From NCBI GenBank assembly GCA_951406725.2, contig OX597820.1:43400001-43464000 (forward strand): 64,000 nt of DNA. The letters run 5' to 3'. Positions 56,127 through 64,000 of this stretch are shown here, in pieces. Positions within the stretch are counted from its first letter, which is position 1. Every line of letters begins with the position of its first letter. The DNA comes from Octopus vulgaris. Its lineage: Eukaryota. The notes under the pieces are model-generated. The model worked only from the letters and a program-made list of their open reading frames with translations, was not told where the DNA came from and did not search any database. Made by a program: the position numbers and the translations under genes.

Positions 56127-56290
56127 GACGTCACATACTGTAAACAACATGAAATGCGAAAACAAATCAATTGATACGCAAACAACGGAAGAAACAAATG
56201 AGAAACAGGACAAGTAACATAAAGTTGTCGGCTGTCCGTCTACTCCTCATTTCGAGTATTCCGGTGACGTCCTATATCCTATATATACGT

Positions 56291-56326
<36 letters not shown>

Positions 56327-56411
56327 TACTCCAAACAAGAAAACAAAAAAACACAACAACGCAAGGACGTGGAACAAATAAAGTATTATTGGGCGCTCAG
56401 GAAAGAAGGGA

Positions 56412-56460
<49 letters not shown>

Positions 56461-56463
<3 letters not shown>

Positions 56464-57196
56464 CTTAGAATATCTTAGAAAGGTTTTGGCCAGTATTGGC
56501 CCAGGCCATGTCTAACTTAATAGCACCACATGGCGAAGTCTTTCAATTCAGGATTTGGGCACCGAGGCCCATTCGATAAGAGAGTTATTGTTTGCGGAGA
56601 CATAACCGGGTGTGGGTGGTTTGGCCGGGACTGTTTGAAGGAATTTGTCCAAAGACTTCTTGTATTTTGTGTGGTCAGTTTCTGTTTTGACGTGTCCTGG
56701 TGTAATGTTGAAGAGAGCGGGTCCAATTGAGGTGAAATAATTGTGCCGTATTGTCGTTATGTGATGCGATTTAGATTTTTGTTGTGGTCCAAGCCTTGGA
56801 TGTAATGCCAACATCATTCGGACAGTGCTGATGGAATATTTTCCGCATCATACAGATAATGTAGCGTTCACGGCGTCGTTGGAGTGAATACAGTTTCAGC
56901 TTCTCTAGTCTACGCCAGTAGTCAAGGCCTCACATGCCATCTATCTTTTTTGTGATTGACCTTTGGGGAGCTTCAGTTCTCATAATATTTTGTTTTGTGT
57001 AGGAAGACCACAGTGGACAGCAGTATTCAAGGTGGGGTCGGGCAAAAGTGGAGAAGAGAAGGATAATAGTGTGGGAATCTCTCGACTGGAAGGTTCTGAG
57101 AATCCAGGAACACATTCTGCGGTCCATGTCAACTTTGCTGCTTATATGTGTAGCCCAGCTTATTTTGTTCTCCACTGTTACTCCCAAGTCTCTGAT
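56461..57196 (-). mobile_element. Second CR1-like LINE 3' fragment (different family)
   Basis: [11 protein letters not shown]...WILRTFQSRD...RPHLEYCCPLWS...YWRRLEKLKLYSLQRRRERY...IGPALFN...KSLDKFLQTVP; tail catggcc plus ggcca/tggcc hairpin plus ttctaag repeats. Confidence 0.88.
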
Positions 57197-57215
57197 ACAC
57201 ATATACATATATATG

Positions 57216-57293
<78 letters not shown>

Positions 57294-59848
57294 TGTATGT
57301 ATGTACATATATAGATATATGCCTATATATATATATATATCCACACACATTCATTTGTGTGCGTTGACTACAGCATTAAAGCATTTTAGCAGCGTACATG
57401 TTTCTTAATACCCTAGTCACATTTAGTGACAATTACATTTCTCATTTTTTTTTAACATTGCAAATGCTGTTTATATCAATTATGTGTGTGTGTGTGTATG
57501 TGTGTGTGTGTTTGCCTGTGTGCGTGTGCGTGTTTTTATGTGTTTGTGTTTGTACGTGTGTGTGTGTGTGTGTGTTTGTGCCTATAAATATATAAGATAT
57601 ATTCAAGCTGCTCTGTATGAGTGTAAAAAAGAAAAGCACGCGTATATTTGCTAGTAAGTTAAGAATCATTGTTAAGTTAAGAATAGGTAGGATATTTAAA
57701 ACAGTAACAGTTTATTCCGCCTGAATTTGACTTGGTCGCGTCAAACCAAAAACAATTAAGAACATAAGAAAGACATGGAAAAACGGTATGCTTCTGTATG
57801 TATGTGTGTTTGGTGTCTCTGTATGCATGTGTGCTTGCGCGCGTGAGTGTGCGTGTGCGTATGTGTAAGGGCTATGAGAGGGATTGAATCGGTTGAAGGA
57901 ACGTTATACAACATGAAGGAATGGAAGTTCGTCATACAAAGAAGAATTTTTTGCGATCTGAGGCGACAAAACGGAACATCGATAAACAGAGAACATTTGA
58001 ACTACCGGGAGAAAACCGAATAAAATGGAAAGAGTAAAATGTGAAGAGGAATGTAACATATATGTATTTTAATAAAAAGTAAAATATATGTTATATATCA
58101 GACACAAGATTAGTTAGGATATAAATCTGGTGGAAAGGAAATGCACAGAAAACAAAAATCAAAGCAAAAGCTCTTAGCAATTCTATGTGAAAGATAAAGA
58201 AAAAAAGTTTGAAAACTTACGGGAGATAACTGTGTAATGGAACGTGTAAAAATGAAGTGAAAAAATAATTTTAAAATAATGTAATCCCGTTGAAACCAAC
58301 AGTAGAATATTGTGAAGCTTATTTAAGTTAACATGGAAAATCTGAATCTTATATGTTGTGTTTAATGTGTATGATGATAGATTACCTTTTCGAGAAAGCT
58401 TCATTACATTCCTTGCAAATATCAGTTGAATTTATAAGCTCTAAAAATTATAATTGTAGTTCTTGAAGTTAGCTGGCAACAGTATTTGTTTACTGTTTAT
58501 TAAATGAAATCGGTACAATGATATCTAATATGCAATTAAATTAATTAATATTTCCTATATTTAGCTTGCTGCAGCCATCAATGTATTGCCAATAAGGAAC
58601 GTATCCTTTCAAAATTTCAGACAAAATATTTGAAAACAAAATTTATATTTTTATTATAATTTCTGAATATTGTGTAGGAGATAATTTGAAAATTGCACTT
58701 CCATACATTCACATACACATATACTCCTATGTATGTGCATATGTATCTATTTTGTTATGTATAAATATACACACACAGACGTGCATTTATACGCATACTC
58801 ACATGCGTACATAACCAAGCTCAAACATCCGCATAACCACACACATTTTAACTCACACTGCAGATTAAATAGGAATAAAATTGTAAAATTGTATAGACTT
58901 TAAACATTTCAAATTAAAAAGAACAGATAAAACGTATATTATTGAATCTGATAAAAGAAAGAAAATAATTTCCGTGTAACATTATATGCCTGTGCTTAAT
59001 ATTTGAAAATAGTAGAATATATTTTTGCAAGAGTTTGCCGTGTAAATTAGCGCTTCTCTAGAATCCAAATTCCTGAGCTGTTTACAAAAGTATGCCTCAT
59101 CTTGGTAGGAAATATGGAAAGTTAAACAAAGGCGCTGCATGTCATTTCATCAGAGATGTCATAAGTGGTTAGGTTATTTCCCTCATAAGCTATCTGACTT
59201 TGATTTTGTTTTTTTTTTATTGATAAATTCAATATAATACAAATGTAATTAGTCTTGCTATTTAGAGCTTCTGGATCTAAACGGTTCAATTCATGGAAGA
59301 ACATGGAATTAGTAATGGAAAAATTGTCTTTTTCATTCTCATTCGAATATCATTAGCTATGATATTGAGTAAATGTCATGAACTCTCCCATTTTGAGGTA
59401 TAAACATCGAAGATCAGAAAATTCTCTACGCTCTTAGATAAATTACTCCCATAAATTATAGTAAATTAAACAACTTGTATGACTTCATATTTGTGCATTA
59501 AAAGCTAATGTTTAGTTGGCAATTATCTTATACACTGACATTCATCGTGCGTTTTAGCAAGGCTGCGAATTTGAGGGTAGGTGAAATGGAAGCATATGAC
59601 GGTCATCTTTTTCTCAATAGCATTAATCAAAGCAGGCAAAAATAATCCCTCGTAAGATATTAACTTTATTAAGCAATCTTCTCTGAAGGATGTTATGTGA
59701 GATGAAAACTAAACATGTATTTTTCAAGAGTATATCTAAGGTATTTGATGGGGTTCTCATTCTACATGAAAATCTTAAAGAACCTGTATTTAGAAACGGA
59801 TGTGAAACTTAGAAACTGTCCTTTTATTACAGATTTCTCTCCAAACCA

Positions 59849-60059
59849 GGAAGACGCGTGGCTTAGTGGTGAGGATGCTGTACCTGTAATTCAAAGAGTG
59901 AGACTTGCCATATTCTGTGTCACGCTCTGAATCTCCATGAGAACTACATTAATGGTACTCATGTCTGTGAAATGCTCAGCCACTTTCACGTTAATTTTAC
60001 GAGCAAGCTGTTCGTCTCATTGTATCAAATAGAACACACGTCGTCGTAACCGACGGAGA
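59849..60059 (+). mobile_element. SINE family C, internally deleted older copy
   Basis: tggcttagtgg head joined to ctgtgtcacgct...gagaactac...gtcgtcgtaaccgacggag, as in 54050-54200. Confidence 0.75.
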
Positions 60060-63028
60060 GTAAGTCGGTACTCGAGATTTAGATCCGACTTAAAGAAAAG
60101 GCTCACGGGATATTTATTTCATTCGTTTGATCCTCAGTGACAGACTGAGGACTACCTGAAAAAAGCATTTCTTATGATAATTATGGTGATAAAAGGGTGG
60201 ATGTTTAATTCCACAGAGAATCAGGCAAATGCCTAGCACTATTTGTTTCGGTCTTTTCCGTTCTGAATTCAGAGCTTGTGACTAAGTTAGAATCAATTAT
60301 TTATTCTGGAGACAATACGATGATATTTTATTGTGCAAATCATTGTGCGTTTGTGCTTCTGTTGTTGTATATTTAGTGAGAACGCATACGGGGATGCATG
60401 AGTGTTATTTTAACAAAGTTATATTTGTTGTACAAAGATAAGAAGCGATAGTCTAATACTTTTTTTATAAACTTTCTTACAGTTTTTTTCCCCATAACAT
60501 CTAGAGTCAAGATCGACAACTAGGTTTGTTTTTGTTTTGTTTTTTATGTATTTGTTTTTTTTTTTCTGGTTTCTTTTTTTCGAAGACGCTTTAATCAATA
60601 TTTCAAGCATAGCAGACGAACAATGGAAATACTATCAACAAGAAAATCTAAAACGATCCGGGAAGCTTTTAATTTTATTGAAATCCAGGGTAAACATTGC
60701 TTTCATTTTCTTTCCTTTTTTTATCGAATGATCGTCAGCACAAAGGAAATTATTAAATTAAAGTTCTCGAAAAATAAAAAGAGAAACAAAATAAGAGAAA
60801 AGTTAATAGACATCCGAGAAAAAAATAATAATTAGTTTAGCAGACCCAACAGCATGGCCTCTTTCTAGAATACTATACATTTGCAACGACTTCTCAATTG
60901 ACAGTATTTTTGTTTTATGTTTTAATCAAACTAACAAGTTAATGACTGAAAACGACGTGAAGAATTCTTTGTACAACGGACTGGTTGATCTTTCTTAATT
61001 AAATGAATTAAAGTTTCAAATCTGGTGGTGATTAATATCAGTATTCACGTTGCTAAAAATTATGGAGTATCTTTGAGGTAAACTAAGGATAACGCCTGGG
61101 AAGAATAGGATATAACCGATAAGCTTGGGTTGAGAAGATATGTAGGCTTCGATTTGAAACCGAAATTCAGTGAAGTATGTGTGACATAGAGATAATTATT
61201 AAATATCACATCAGTAAGTTAGCAAATATATTTTGTTAGTGAATAAACGTTTGCCTATTCGTCCATCAGGATTATGTGTATCGAGTCTAGTATGTTCAGT
61301 CCTTAGACGTAGCCAGTCTCACACATATGAGCAGCATTTCAATACATCTTAATTGAACAAGCACAGCAGTTATTTAGAGCTGAAGTACCACGTTGGTTTC
61401 AAGGCGATACCCTGTCTTTAGGATGTGCTAATGGCAATGCGGTAGCTGAGAGATCACTATATGATATCATCAAATTTGTAAGACTAAAACTGGAACTAGT
61501 TTCATATTTATCCAGGTGTCTTTTGTATGCTTCAGTAGGATTGTTTCTGTATTTTTTGTTTAAGATTGTATGAATGGATATTGAAGAAGGCTGTCATTTC
61601 CTATTCTGATATTGTTCATGTTGTTATACAATCAAAGCGGACTTGTCATAATGGGTCTGAATTTCGTACCCATACTGACTGATAAATAATTATGAGAAAT
61701 GAAATCGTGCAAAGAACAACAGCTACTTACAAACCTGTATTATTAAAAGTAACGCGAATAACAGAAATTAAGTAATTGAAGAACAGAAAGCAACTGACAC
61801 AGTGAGATGTAAAATATATTTGTAGCAAATGAGAATTGGCAGAATATGAAACAGCGAGAATCAAGTCCGCACATCCTGCAGAGAGATGGTCTATAAGCTA
61901 TACTCCGATCAAAATATTGATGTTATTGAACCTATAGTCACACACCGTGAGTTGGAGGAACTTATCGCGCACAAAAACTACTTATGCGTTCTTCACCGGA
62001 TAAACAATATTACTTTCATTGAGTTTCACAGAGGCGATAAACGCCTCGAGGCGTAAGCAATACGGTCAGTAGATCATCTGCTTCGGAAACCATGCAGTCG
62101 GTATCTCAGAGAGGAAACAACAGCTCAACGTGGGAAAAGAGCAGGTGGTTTTCGATCATATTTATCACCTTGTATATTCTGGAAATTAGGTTGACAAAGT
62201 AATTATAAACATCAGATGAATTCTGTTTCTAGAAAGAGGGCACTCCCACACATTTCTCTATAGGTTTATGTAGCTCACTGCAAAATATGCATTTTCGTTT
62301 GGATATACAGTACTTTATAAGTGTATTATTTGAGGTTAATTAAAGAAACTCCTTGAGGTAGGTTACAAATTTGATTGGTACAATTGAGGCATTAACATTT
62401 AGGAAAAGTGTAATTCGTGTCAAAATAGGTGATGTATGAGAATAGAATATTGGCGTGAGTTTTCTTCCTGTGATACTATTCTAGTAAATAAACAGCAGTT
62501 CGTCGGTGGCTACCACCATTCTACAGCGTTAATGAAGACCATATTTGAAAAGAACACGATCCCAGAAAGATGTGGGAACTTACAGTAAGATGTAGTAATC
62601 ATTTTTTGCGTTAGTGTCTGGTTAGGATGAAAGCAATATATTTTGCCATCAAATATGTGTTTAAACTAAATACCTCAATTCATTTAATACAGAATAGGTA
62701 TCGAAAATACAAGTATATTTTAAACCAACAGACATTTTTAGTTCGTCATGCAAGCATTTGTAAGAAATTGGAGTTGTGTTTTACATGAACAAAGCAATTC
62801 TATTTAAATACACAACATTGTGGTAGGTTGCTATTTTCAGATTTTATAAGAGCAGCAGACGTGGAGAATTGGTAAACCATCAGGCAAAATATATTGTTTT
62901 ATTTGATGCCATTTTACTTTCATTACAAATCCCTCCACGGTTAAATTTGCATTGTTTACCTTCCGGGATGAATAAAACAATTTCCATCTAATCGTTTATC
63001 ACTCCTCCCTTAATTTCGAAGTTTTCTG

Positions 63029-63412
63029 CTTTTCTACTTTAGGCACATGGCCCTACATTTTGGGGGAGGGGACCAGTCGATTAGATCGACCCCAGTATGC
63101 AACTGGTACTTAATTTATCGATCCCCAAAAGGATGAAAGGCAACGTCGACCACAACGGAAATTGAACTCAGAGCGTAAAGACGAAATACCTATTTGTTTA
63201 CTACCCACAAGGGGACAAACATAGAGAGGACAAACAAAGACAGGCAAACGGATTAAGTCGATTATATCGACCCCAGTGCATAACTGGTACATATTTAATC
63301 GACCGCGAAAGAATGAATGGCAAGTCGACCTCGGCGGAATTTGAACTCAGAACCTTGCAGCAGACGAAATACCGCTAAACATTACGCCCGGAGTGCTAAC
63401 GATTCTGCCAGC
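63029..63412 (-). mobile_element. SINE family A dimer
   Basis: Same monomer junction (gtaaa(g/c)aaataggtatt(t/g)cgtc) as the 21149 copy; junction at ~63190. Confidence 0.9.
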
Positions 63413-63419
63413 TTAAAAC

Positions 63420-63559
<140 letters not shown>

Positions 63560-64000
63560 TAAAAAGTAGATAGATTGGTCAAATTAGTAGAGAGTTGAAA
63601 GTCAAACACTCTGCCTAAGTTTAGTTGCAGATATTTCCGTTCGATTATCAAATGCCGATCAGACTTCTGGGTTTGATCAGTTAAATAACAGTTGGTACCA
63701 GGTTCTATCTAATCGCCTATACACACATCTCTCATATGTAAAGAATTGTCCGTATGTTAATAGATCAATACGACAGAAAAGCAACTTTATGTTTCACATC
63801 ATCAATAACAATGTCTATATCGATTCCACGAAGGCAACTCTACTCTGTATCTAAATCTGATAGAAGTAGCCATCAAATCTGCTTCGATTCATACACCACT
63901 GTTTTTCAAATAGGAATCATTAGATGAAATACCTCTGGATTATCGACACTTGAAAACGAGATAACAATGAAATTGCGTCAATTATGGAACCTAAAAAAAG

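Noticed and set aside
60140-60175. CTGAGGA...GAAA on the plus strand
   Set aside because: No stem II or stem I; chance match
61670-62160. Very old LINE RT-upstream remnant (EPIVTHRELEE, EQ.GFR-like words)
   Set aside because: Motifs are too short and fragmented to call without a profile search

Overview
AT-rich eukaryotic non-genic DNA, dense in microsatellites. The (TA)n/(TACA)n load and the tRNA-derived SINE families suggest a cephalopod (Octopus-like) genome; this is inference. I cannot support any host exon, and nearly all long ORFs in the track are microsatellite artefacts. The window is a mosaic of transposable elements: three or four SINE families (some with TSDs), CR1-like, RTE-like and restriction-like-endonuclease (R4/Dong-type) LINE fragments, Tc1, mariner and DD40/41D (rosa-like) DNA transposons (partly nested), Helitron ends, and a 5'-truncated Penelope-like element with an open RT-thumb + GIY-YIG frame (40241-41269). 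The most notable signal is a set of short non-coding elements in or next to (TA)n tracts. Several carry minimal type I hammerhead ribozymes (2103-2150, 7492-7541, 12568-12617, 31551-31614; weaker at 19112-19173 and 36767-36833). Several also show a circularly permuted unit with a partial inverted copy on the 5' side. This looks like a multi-family Penelope-dependent, retrozyme-like system. Also seen: two LINE/SINE shared-tail pairs, a dimeric SINE, and two divergent CR1 copies truncated at the same codon.
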